Assembly (NCBI GenBank): GCA_040752695.1
Contig: JBFMGO010000069.1
Coordinates: forward strand, 1-32,522
DNA from: a bacterium
GTDB taxonomy: Bacteria; SZUA-182; DTGQ01
Direction of reading: 5' to 3'
Length of the DNA: 32,522 nucleotides
Made by a program: the position numbers and the translations under genes. The notes beneath the pieces were generated by a model. That model was not told where the DNA came from. It did not search any database and saw only the letters and a program-made list of their open reading frames with translations. Below, in pieces: positions 9,189 through 17,319 of this stretch (position 1 is the first letter of the stretch; the number at the start of each line of letters is the position of its first letter).

Positions 9189-10010
9189 ATGATCGGGGAG
9201 GAAAGAATAATGGTTCAATTACATCAAGAATTATCAAACCCGCTGGAAATTAATTACTATGGATACAAATTTCTAAGAGCTTGCTCAAATCAGCCTCAAG
9301 ATGCAGATTCATCTGAGCCGGACCATGAGAAAAGCATAACTGTTCGCAAGGCAGTAACCCTGGACGATATGGTGAAAGTTTTTCAAATCAGGTATGAAGG
9401 GTACAAAAAATATTATAAGAGCGAGGATGAAAACATGGATCAAAATGATTTTTCATCTCATGCATGTTTGCTCCTGGCTGAAGATAAACATCATAACCCG
9501 GTAGGTACCATAAGAATTCTCGATCGAAGATATGGGAAAATAGAGCTCGATAATTTCGTTAACCTTGATTCTTTTCTCCCGGAAGGCAAGAGCCTGAATG
9601 TTATTGAAGCGACTCGCTTCTCCATTCCAAATCATCTAGATTCCAAATTAATCAAGATGTTACTCTGGAAAGCACTTTTTCTTTATTGCCAGGTAAATCA
9701 CATAGATACTATAATCATGTCAGCACGTCCTGCTGCCGCCCGTTCTTATCGATGTTTACTTTTTGAAAATGTTGGCTCTTTAGGAGTGTACAAACACCCA
9801 TTGCTGGGAAATTTGGAGCATCAGACCTACAAGTGCATTATTTCAGAAAAGAAACATCAAGCAAAGGAGAAGAACTGGCCACTTTATCAGTTTTTTTTCG
9901 TTAAAGATCATCCAAATATCAAATTGGATTGTTTTAAATTATATAATCATGATAATAATGCTTCCGAATTATCTATTCAAGAAAAAACAACGGGAGTATG
10001 CATAAACTGA
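9189..10010 (+). CDS. FeeM-like N-acyl amino acid synthase / GNAT-fold acyltransferase
   Basis: Pattern VFQIRYEGY ... PVGTIRI ... VIEATRF ... AARSYRCLLF, matching the FeeM/LuxI-like acyl-ACP-using fold; alternative start ATG 9210 after GGAGG. Confidence 0.7.
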   Translation: MIGEERIMVQLHQELSNPLEINYYGYKFLRACSNQPQDADSSEPDHEKSITVRKAVTLDDMVKVFQIRYEGYKKYYKSEDENMDQNDFSSHACLLLAEDKHHNPVGTIRILDRRYGKIELDNFVNLDSFLPEGKSLNVIEATRFSIPNHLDSKLIKMLLWKALFLYCQVNHIDTIIMSARPAAARSYRCLLFENVGSLGVYKHPLLGNLEHQTYKCIISEKKHQAKEKNWPLYQFFFVKDHPNIKLDCFKLYNHDNNASELSIQEKTTGVCIN

Positions 10011-10200
10011 TTGTATGAACTTACGGCATAAACTGATCGAATGAACTGCTGAACTGATCGAGTGAACTCATGCAAGTGAATGAGCTCATAGAATCATCTG
10101 CCTGAATCAACTAACCGGATTAGTTGATCCAACCAATAGCGTGAGCCAACAGAATGAGCCAAATAGGGGGGAGCCAACAGAATGAGTCAACAGATGAGGA
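10000..10200. repeat. Intergenic short degenerate direct repeats
   Basis: Repeated (G/A)AACTGAT-like units at about 10000-10070, then GAGCCAACAGAATGAG twice (about 10143 and 10171). Confidence 0.55.
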
Positions 10201-10230
10201 TATAAAAGTCCAGGATAAGAGGTAGTTAAC

Positions 10231-11127
10231 ATGAAAAAGATTTCCGCAATTATCATCTGTATGCGAGAGGAAGGAAATATCCAACAATGTCTTAAGAGTA
10301 TCAATTTTGTCGATGAAATCATTATCATAGATTCCGGAGCCACAGAAAGAACTCTGGAAATCTGTAAGAAGTTTACTGATCGAATCGTTCGTCATCCATG
10401 GCCGAGTTACAGGCAACAAATGGAATATGCCAGGGATATAGCCAAAAACGAATGGGTGCTCAGCCTGGATGTAAACGAGGCGGTTTCGGAGAAATTAAAG
10501 GAAAATATCATCTTCGCTCTTGAAAAGGATCATGGCAGGTATGCCGGTTACCGGATGAAACGGCAGTATTTTTATTCGAACCAACAGGTAAACCATTGCT
10601 GGCATCCGGAACTGCAAATCCGGCTCTATAGGAAATCCAAAGCGCAGTGGGTCAGGAGAAATCAGCACTATTCGGTAGAATTGGATGGCAGATGCCGGGA
10701 TTTGAAAGGAGACCTGAAGTATTCTCCCTATCAGGACTTGTCACAGTACCTTCATGCCGTTGATTCCCGCTCCTCCATGAGAGCCAGGGAAGAATTTGAA
10801 AAAGGAAAGCCGGAGTACCCCTCTGGCCTTGTTTTCAGTCCGTTGTTTTACTTCGTTAAAGCCTATGGATTGAAGCGAGGGTTTTTGGATGGAATGCCAG
10901 GATTGGTAATTTCCGTACTTGAATCATATGGTCGCTTTTTGGAATCGGCGAAATTATGGGAAATGAGGAATGCCGTGTCAGCCGATTTCCTGCACTCGGT
11001 TCCCCTGAATCGTTTTCAGTATTATCTTGAGAAGATCAAAGGGATCATGTTCCCGGAAAAGCGCCAGCGCCATGAATCCCTTTGGAAAACAGCAAGGCTC
11101 CAATCAGCACAGGAGGATCATACTTGA
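10231..11127 (+). CDS. Family 2 glycosyltransferase (WaaE/KdtX-like) with a non-canonical DxD motif
   Basis: ISAIII...EEGNIQQCLKS...DEIIIIDSG, EWVLSLDVNE, C-terminal YGLKRGFLDGMPGL; GAGG RBS. Confidence 0.85.
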   Translation: MKKISAIIICMREEGNIQQCLKSINFVDEIIIIDSGATERTLEICKKFTDRIVRHPWPSYRQQMEYARDIAKNEWVLSLDVNEAVSEKLKENIIFALEKDHGRYAGYRMKRQYFYSNQQVNHCWHPELQIRLYRKSKAQWVRRNQHYSVELDGRCRDLKGDLKYSPYQDLSQYLHAVDSRSSMRAREEFEKGKPEYPSGLVFSPLFYFVKAYGLKRGFLDGMPGLVISVLESYGRFLESAKLWEMRNAVSADFLHSVPLNRFQYYLEKIKGIMFPEKRQRHESLWKTARLQSAQEDHT

Positions 11128-11154
11128 TAGGGTAGGAATTTCTTTCAGCAATGA

Positions 11155-11235
11155 AACAACAGGCAAAAAATAACGGCAGGGAAACAGCAGGCAGGGAAAC
11201 AGCAGGTAAAAAAAACAACAGGCAGGGAAACAATA
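11155..11235. repeat. Degenerate tandem repeat in the GT2-PKS1 gap
   Basis: GGCAGGGAAACA three times plus CA(A/G)CAGG units. Confidence 0.6.
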
Positions 11236-11236
11236 A

Positions 11237-14200
11237 ATGAAGCTCGTTACCGGAAGTGGACGTAAGATGGATAAGCAAGAGCCGGCATTGCAAAAGAGAG
11301 TTACTGGTAAGGGAACGGACATAGCCATTATTGGAATAGCTTGCCGTTTTCCGGACGCTCAAAATTACCAGGAGTTTGCTCACAACTTGCTGAAAGGGGT
11401 CAATTCGATCCGGGAGATCCCCCCCTCCCGATGGGATATCGAGAAATATTATTCTCCCGACTTCGATGAGCCCAATAAAAGTATCAGCAAGTGGTGCGGC
11501 CTCATAGATGGCATCGATCAATTCGATAATCAATTTTTTGCCATTTCTCCACGGGAAGCCAATAATATGGACCCGCAGCAGCGCCTGTTACTGGAAGAAA
11601 CATGGCATTGCATTGAAAATTCTGGGGTTCCCTTACGTCAACTTCAGCAAAAAATTACCTCGGTGTACATCGGTGTAATGGCTACCGATTATCATCAGGA
11701 AGCCTCGAATCCGAACATAATCACCGATAGCTATGCCTGCCTTGGGAATTACGAGTGTATTCTGGCCAACAGGCTCTCGTATACTTTCGGGCTTCAGGGA
11801 ACCAGCATATCGATCGATGCAGCCTGTGCATCTTCGCTGGTCGCTCTGCACCAGGCCAAAAGCTCTCTCATCGTGGGAGAAAGCGAATACGCCCTGGCCG
11901 GCGGCGTTTCCCTGGATTTTCATCCCTGGAAGTATATTTCCTTTTCCAAATCCCGGATGCTGAGCCCGGACGGGCAATGCAAGACCTTCGATATAGACGC
12001 CAATGGCTATGTTCCGGGAGAAGGGGTGGGAATTGTTCTCCTGCAGCGTCTTGAGGACGCTCTTGCGGATGGCAATCATATTTATGGGGTAATCAAAGGA
12101 TCAGCGGTAAACCATGGGGGGAAGACCCTCTCTATTACCGCTCCACGGGTGGAATCGCAAAAGAGCGTGATTGTACGCGCTTACCAGGATGCGGGGCTGA
12201 ATCCCGAAACGGTAACCTACGTTGAAGCCCATGGCACAGGAACCTCGCTGGGCGATCCCATCGAGATAGAATCCCTGACGCAGGCGTTCCGGGAGTATAC
12301 TCAGGATGTGCAATTTTGCACAATCGGTTCGGTCAAGACGAATATCGGCCACCTCGAGGCTGCGGCCGGAATTGCAGGCGTTATCAAGGTCGTGCTGATG
12401 ATGCAATACCGGAAGATACCGAAGAGCCTGAATATAAAAAAATTAAACCCGATTATCAATTTTAAGGCTTCCCCCTTTATGGTGGCTACCGATGTGGAGC
12501 GTACGCCTCATCCTGGGACCGAAGCAAGTGACTGGCATCCACGGAAACCGGAATTACCCCTGCGTGCCGGAGTAAGCTCCTTCGGGTTTGGCGGTGTAAA
12601 CTCCCACGTCATTCTGGAAGAATACAGGGAAGCAGTCAGTCAGGAAATTGATCGTGAGGAAAACCACCTCTTTCTTCTTTCCGCAAAATCTTCGAACAGT
12701 ATGCACAACCTTATCGAGGAGTGGAAGCAATTCGTTAACAGCGAAATATTCTCCCGCTACAGCTTGCGGGACGTTTGCATCACTCTGAAAGTCGGGCGGG
12801 AAAGCTTACCTTACCGTTACGGCGCTCATATCCGTAACAAAGAGGAACTGAAGGAATTATTAGGACAGGCTTCATCCTCTCTCCCCTCTATTCCCAGGCA
12901 AACGAAAAAGTATTGGTGCTTACGGATCGGCAATTTATCCTTCGAAAGCATGGAGCAGTTCCGGGGGTATTTAGAGAGATTCGAGCTGTTCAGGCAGAAC
13001 CTCGAAAAAGTCGTACACTGCTTCCTTTCGATATCGAAAGACTTCCTGGCCATCCCATCGAGGGAAGGGCAAACTTTAGAATCAGAAAGTACGACCCAGG
13101 GAGGAGCACTCCCCGCAGGGCAGGCAGAATTTCTCAAGAGCTTTTACCATGATGCATGGGCTGAACAGACCAGATCTCTTTATTCGTTTATGATCGCCTA
13201 TGCAGGTATCTGCACGTTAAGAGATCTCGGTTTTAACCCGGATGTCATCACTGGTGAAAAAGCCGGTGTAATGATGGGGCTGGTTTTGAGCGGCATCATG
13301 AAACTGGAGGATGCCCTGGCAGTCCTCAGTAAGCAAAAGGGATTGAAAGAGGTCGAGTTTACCCGGCCCGCTATTCCTTATTACGATTCCATATGCAAAA
13401 CAACGGTGATGCCCTTTCATTTCGATAGTAATTACCTTCTTCTTCTCGTTGATGAGCTTGGCAGGCAGAACAAACTCCTTGGGCAATTACTGGTAGACGG
13501 GATTTTCTATGCCCAGCAAAAGGATGCACAGCCTGTGCAGCCTGATAAAGATCAGCAGCAACAAACCCTTCTTGGCCAACTGCTTATACAGAACGGTGCT
13601 CTTAGTAAAGAGCAGTTGGAAAATGTTCTCGCTCTGCAAAAAAAGACGCATGATCTGCTTGGAGTTCTGGTTGTAAGAGAAAGGTATTGCACTCCGGATA
13701 AATTGACAGAGGCTTTATACCAGCAAGATGTACTGCGCTACTATGTACAGGAAGTATTTCATCACTACGTCGATCAAGCCAGATTACTGAACGGTGGCCA
13801 GTTTACCTTTAAAAAGTTTTTAGAAGAATGGAACGTCGTTCTCAAAAAGTCAGGGCATGATCTTCTGCAGTTGCTCTACGATGACCATCTCCTTTCCCAG
13901 CGAGGAGGCAGGCTCAGAAATGAAAAGTTACTGCTGATGATCATCATCATGAATTGCCTTCGCAAGCTCAACCAGAAATGGAATCTGACGGAGCCGCGTC
14001 TTGTCGAGGAGAAAAGGTTCTATGAGTTATTGGATTTAGTCACTGACGAAGTGATGACAAAAGAGGACCTGGTAGAGCTTTTCCTCAGTGATAACCCGGA
14101 TTACGCCGCTATAGCCCATAACCTGAACAAAAGGCAAATAAACAGGAACTTGAGCAATGAGTATAGATATATAAAAGGGTTAAACCCTAATGTCAGGGAA

Positions 14201-17200
14201 ATTGAAGATGTTTCGAGCTGGCTTATTCAGGCTATGGAAATAAAAAATGTCCTGCCTGAAGACACTATGGCCTATCTTCCTATCGCTCACATCGCCTTTT
14301 TCGAGACCGGATTATTCAACGAACCCGTACCTTTCGAAGGCGCGATACACCTTAAGGCAGTACGGAACATATGTGAGCTGTTTACCGACAGCCTGCTTCA
14401 ATTATGGCTGCATGGAGTCGATATCCAATGGGAAAAAATTTACCCTGAGGGATCATATAAAAAACCCGTTTTGCCTGTCTATCCATTTGACCGGAAATCT
14501 TTCTGGCTGCCCCGGCACGATCAGGATGGTCAAAGGGATCACAAAGATCAAAAAGGACAGAAAGGTCAGGGTTATCAGAAAGATCAGAGCTATCAGAAAG
14601 ACCAGATATGTCAGAAAGATCAGAAGGATCGGATACGCAGGGGGGATACGCAGGATGAAAGCCATGGCCGTGCTGAAAAAAAGCCCGTGCAGCAATTCCG
14701 GCACCTGGATCATGAGGTATTCAGCTACGAGCGCATTATTTCCCCCTGTGACCCTATCATTCAGGACCATGTGATAACGGGAAAATCTATCATCCCTGGA
14801 GCTTCGTTAATCGAGTTTGGGCTTGATGCCGTGCAAAAAACCTTACATCGGAAGATGCCGCAGAGCGCACCTGTTCACACCTTGCAGAATATTTTCATTC
14901 AAAATCCAGGCATTGTGGAAACAGAAATGGCTTTAGTGCTGGAAGTCACTCCCGATGAAAAGCGGTTTGCAGTGAAAAATGGCGCAGATATTTTATGCAG
15001 CGGCAAGTATGAGGCAGCCACAGGAAAAGAGGGGGCGGGGATGGCCTTCCCGCCCCTTGACTTTGCGTCTTTCACTCACAATTCACCCCTTGATATTGAA
15101 GATATTTATGGAGCATTGGCGGCAAAAGGCTATCACTATAGGGATGGATTGCGGGTAATGAAAAGCGTTTGGAAAACTGATCGCGGCTTTCTCATCGAGC
15201 TTAAAAGAATCCCTAAAGAGGCAGGACAGACAACATCCCTGAACCCGAGGATTCTGGACGGGATTTTTCAGGCAGCCTTGGCAGTCGAGTATCTGGAAGG
15301 ACGGATGCCTGAGGACAACGCGCTCTATGTTCCTTATTATATAAAATCCTTTCTCATTCCGGGTGAAATGAAAGATCGCTGCTTCATTTGCCTCGATCAC
15401 CAGGATAGCCAAAGAAAGGGTCAGGATATGAGTGTCCAGCTTCGGGCCTATGATGCTGCGGGTGAAGGCGTTTTTTGGATTCAGGACATGATTTTCAAAA
15501 GGGTATCGAACCAGTTTTTAATGCGGTCACCTCAAGATGTCGGCCTGGCTGAAACTGGTCTGGCTGCTACCGGTCTGGCCGACACAAGAGCATATCAACA
15601 CAGGCAAGAGGTAGATCCCGGCTCCCACCAGGCAGTATATTACTATACGCCTGTCTGGATCGGGAACCGGCTGAAAAGTACGGCTCCCTCTTTCGAGGGA
15701 GCGATGGATGGCGATCCTGTTTCCCGGCCAATCCGGCCCGTGGCCATGCTCCTTATGGGCGAAAGTGATTTGAGCGGATTATTGTCTCAGGCGATAGCTC
15801 AGAAATATCAGAAGGCTTTTTTCATCAGCCCGGGAGCCGCTTTTGCCAGAGAAGGCGACAGCCGTTTTTCCATCGACCCACTCTGTGAGCAAGACTATGT
15901 GAAGTTAATACAAGCTGTCGATGACCAAACCGATGGCAGTACGGGGCACTATGATATCTACGCTCTAGGGGCTTATGAGCCTCTCCTTTTTCCCGGCCTT
16001 TCTCTGCAAGATCTCAGGGAAAAACAGGAAAAGGGAGTAAACAACCTGTTTTTATTAACAAAAGCATTAACCAGGATTCATCCCCGATATACCGTTACCA
16101 TGGTGATAAGTACTGACCGTGTTCATGTAGTCGAACCTCAAGACAGGGGCGAGGGATACGTTTTCGGAGGACTCTTCGGCTTAGCCAAAACGATAACCCT
16201 GGAAAATCCCAGGATAAAAATAAAAATGGTTGATTTTGGCCGCGATAGTCTGCTCTTACCCGAAAAGGCACGTATCCTCCTTGACGAGGGATTTTCTCAG
16301 GAACGTTCAGAACCCGTAGAAATAATAGCCTATCGCGAAGGGGGACGATATGTCCGTACCCTTGAACCAGTATTTTTAGATTCCCGCTCTGGCGGGGCAC
16401 AAGCCTCATCCTGTAACCACGAGTCCCTTCTTAAAGATAGCGGCGTCTATCTTCTCATTGGCGGCGCCGGCGGATTAGGAATCAAAGTGGCTGAGATGAT
16501 CAGTAAACAGGTTAAGGCCAACCTCATTCTCCTTGGAAGATCGGCCTTACAGCCTGAAAAACGGCGCCGAATCGAACAACTTAAGACCTATGGCGGTGAA
16601 ATTCTCTACCTTCAGGGGGATGTAACCAGTCTGGAACAAATGATAAAACTTCTGGAAATAGTCAAATCCAGATATGGAGCTCTCCATGGTGTGATTCAGA
16701 CGGGGGGCGTCCTCGAGGATAAACTCCTGGTGAGTAAGGATTGGGAATCATTCCAGAGAGTGATGGCCCCGAAGGTACAGGGCACCATGATCATAAACGA
16801 GTTGACGCGGACGGAACCTTTAGATTTCTTCATGGTTTTTTCATCAATCGTTTCTCTTTTGGGTAATGTCGGCCAGGCCGATTATGCAGCAGCCAACAGT
16901 TTCCTGGATGCGTTCATTCATTACCGGGCCCGGAACGAGTATCCTGGTAAGAGCTTAAGCATTAACTGGACACTCTGGGCCGAGGGGGGAATGGGTATCA
17001 ATGAGTATGTAAGGAAAAGTTTCGAAGCCAGAGGATTACCGCCAATTTCTACTCATGATGGCCTGAAAGCTCTCGATCGGATTATCTGTCACGCTCATGG
17101 GGCACAAACAGTGCCAGGCGAATGCTCTTTTGAGGCTCATGCCACACCGTATGAACTGCCGTGCCAATTGGCCGTATTAGCTCAAAAATTCATGAAATTT

Positions 17201-17212
17201 GAATCATCTTAA
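11237..17212 (+). CDS. PKS1: KS - degenerate AT with MshEN-like insert - DH - KR (no ACP)
   Basis: KS triad DAACASS (Cys codon 11825), HGTGT, NIGHLE; AT-like segment with GEKAG in place of GHSxG (13253-13267); DH HVITGKSIIP and LDGIFQ; KR GGAGGLG, VLED, YAAAN. Confidence 0.92.
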   Translation: MKLVTGSGRKMDKQEPALQKRVTGKGTDIAIIGIACRFPDAQNYQEFAHNLLKGVNSIREIPPSRWDIEKYYSPDFDEPNKSISKWCGLIDGIDQFDNQFFAISPREANNMDPQQRLLLEETWHCIENSGVPLRQLQQKITSVYIGVMATDYHQEASNPNIITDSYACLGNYECILANRLSYTFGLQGTSISIDAACASSLVALHQAKSSLIVGESEYALAGGVSLDFHPWKYISFSKSRMLSPDGQCKTFDIDANGYVPGEGVGIVLLQRLEDALADGNHIYGVIKGSAVNHGGKTLSITAPRVESQKSVIVRAYQDAGLNPETVTYVEAHGTGTSLGDPIEIESLTQAFREYTQDVQFCTIGSVKTNIGHLEAAAGIAGVIKVVLMMQYRKIPKSLNIKKLNPIINFKASPFMVATDVERTPHPGTEASDWHPRKPELPLRAGVSSFGFGGVNSHVILEEYREAVSQEIDREENHLFLLSAKSSNSMHNLIEEWKQFVNSEIFSRYSLRDVCITLKVGRESLPYRYGAHIRNKEELKELLGQASSSLPSIPRQTKKYWCLRIGNLSFESMEQFRGYLERFELFRQNLEKVVHCFLSISKDFLAIPSREGQTLESESTTQGGALPAGQAEFLKSFYHDAWAEQTRSLYSFMIAYAGICTLRDLGFNPDVITGEKAGVMMGLVLSGIMKLEDALAVLSKQKGLKEVEFTRPAIPYYDSICKTTVMPFHFDSNYLLLLVDELGRQNKLLGQLLVDGIFYAQQKDAQPVQPDKDQQQQTLLGQLLIQNGALSKEQLENVLALQKKTHDLLGVLVVRERYCTPDKLTEALYQQDVLRYYVQEVFHHYVDQARLLNGGQFTFKKFLEEWNVVLKKSGHDLLQLLYDDHLLSQRGGRLRNEKLLLMIIIMNCLRKLNQKWNLTEPRLVEEKRFYELLDLVTDEVMTKEDLVELFLSDNPDYAAIAHNLNKRQINRNLSNEYRYIKGLNPNVREIEDVSSWLIQAMEIKNVLPEDTMAYLPIAHIAFFETGLFNEPVPFEGAIHLKAVRNICELFTDSLLQLWLHGVDIQWEKIYPEGSYKKPVLPVYPFDRKSFWLPRHDQDGQRDHKDQKGQKGQGYQKDQSYQKDQICQKDQKDRIRRGDTQDESHGRAEKKPVQQFRHLDHEVFSYERIISPCDPIIQDHVITGKSIIPGASLIEFGLDAVQKTLHRKMPQSAPVHTLQNIFIQNPGIVETEMALVLEVTPDEKRFAVKNGADILCSGKYEAATGKEGAGMAFPPLDFASFTHNSPLDIEDIYGALAAKGYHYRDGLRVMKSVWKTDRGFLIELKRIPKEAGQTTSLNPRILDGIFQAALAVEYLEGRMPEDNALYVPYYIKSFLIPGEMKDRCFICLDHQDSQRKGQDMSVQLRAYDAAGEGVFWIQDMIFKRVSNQFLMRSPQDVGLAETGLAATGLADTRAYQHRQEVDPGSHQAVYYYTPVWIGNRLKSTAPSFEGAMDGDPVSRPIRPVAMLLMGESDLSGLLSQAIAQKYQKAFFISPGAAFAREGDSRFSIDPLCEQDYVKLIQAVDDQTDGSTGHYDIYALGAYEPLLFPGLSLQDLREKQEKGVNNLFLLTKALTRIHPRYTVTMVISTDRVHVVEPQDRGEGYVFGGLFGLAKTITLENPRIKIKMVDFGRDSLLLPEKARILLDEGFSQERSEPVEIIAYREGGRYVRTLEPVFLDSRSGGAQASSCNHESLLKDSGVYLLIGGAGGLGIKVAEMISKQVKANLILLGRSALQPEKRRRIEQLKTYGGEILYLQGDVTSLEQMIKLLEIVKSRYGALHGVIQTGGVLEDKLLVSKDWESFQRVMAPKVQGTMIINELTRTEPLDFFMVFSSIVSLLGNVGQADYAAANSFLDAFIHYRARNEYPGKSLSINWTLWAEGGMGINEYVRKSFEARGLPPISTHDGLKALDRIICHAHGAQTVPGECSFEAHATPYELPCQLAVLAQKFMKFESS

Positions 17213-17255
17213 GGATCGAAAGATCATTGCCTAAGAAGTCATAAAGAATATCTTA

Positions 17256-17271
17256 TGGCAAAAAATTTGCA
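17256..17271 (+). promoter_or_regulatory. Putative sigma54 -24/-12 promoter
   Basis: TGGCAAAAAATTTGCA with exact GG-N10-GC spacing, intergenic, about 50 bp upstream of the TTG at 17320 and its GAGGAG RBS. Confidence 0.55.
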
Positions 17272-17319
17272 TTAATCTTCATTATCTCCCCTATTCCAAA
17301 AGGTAAGAGGAGCTTTCGA

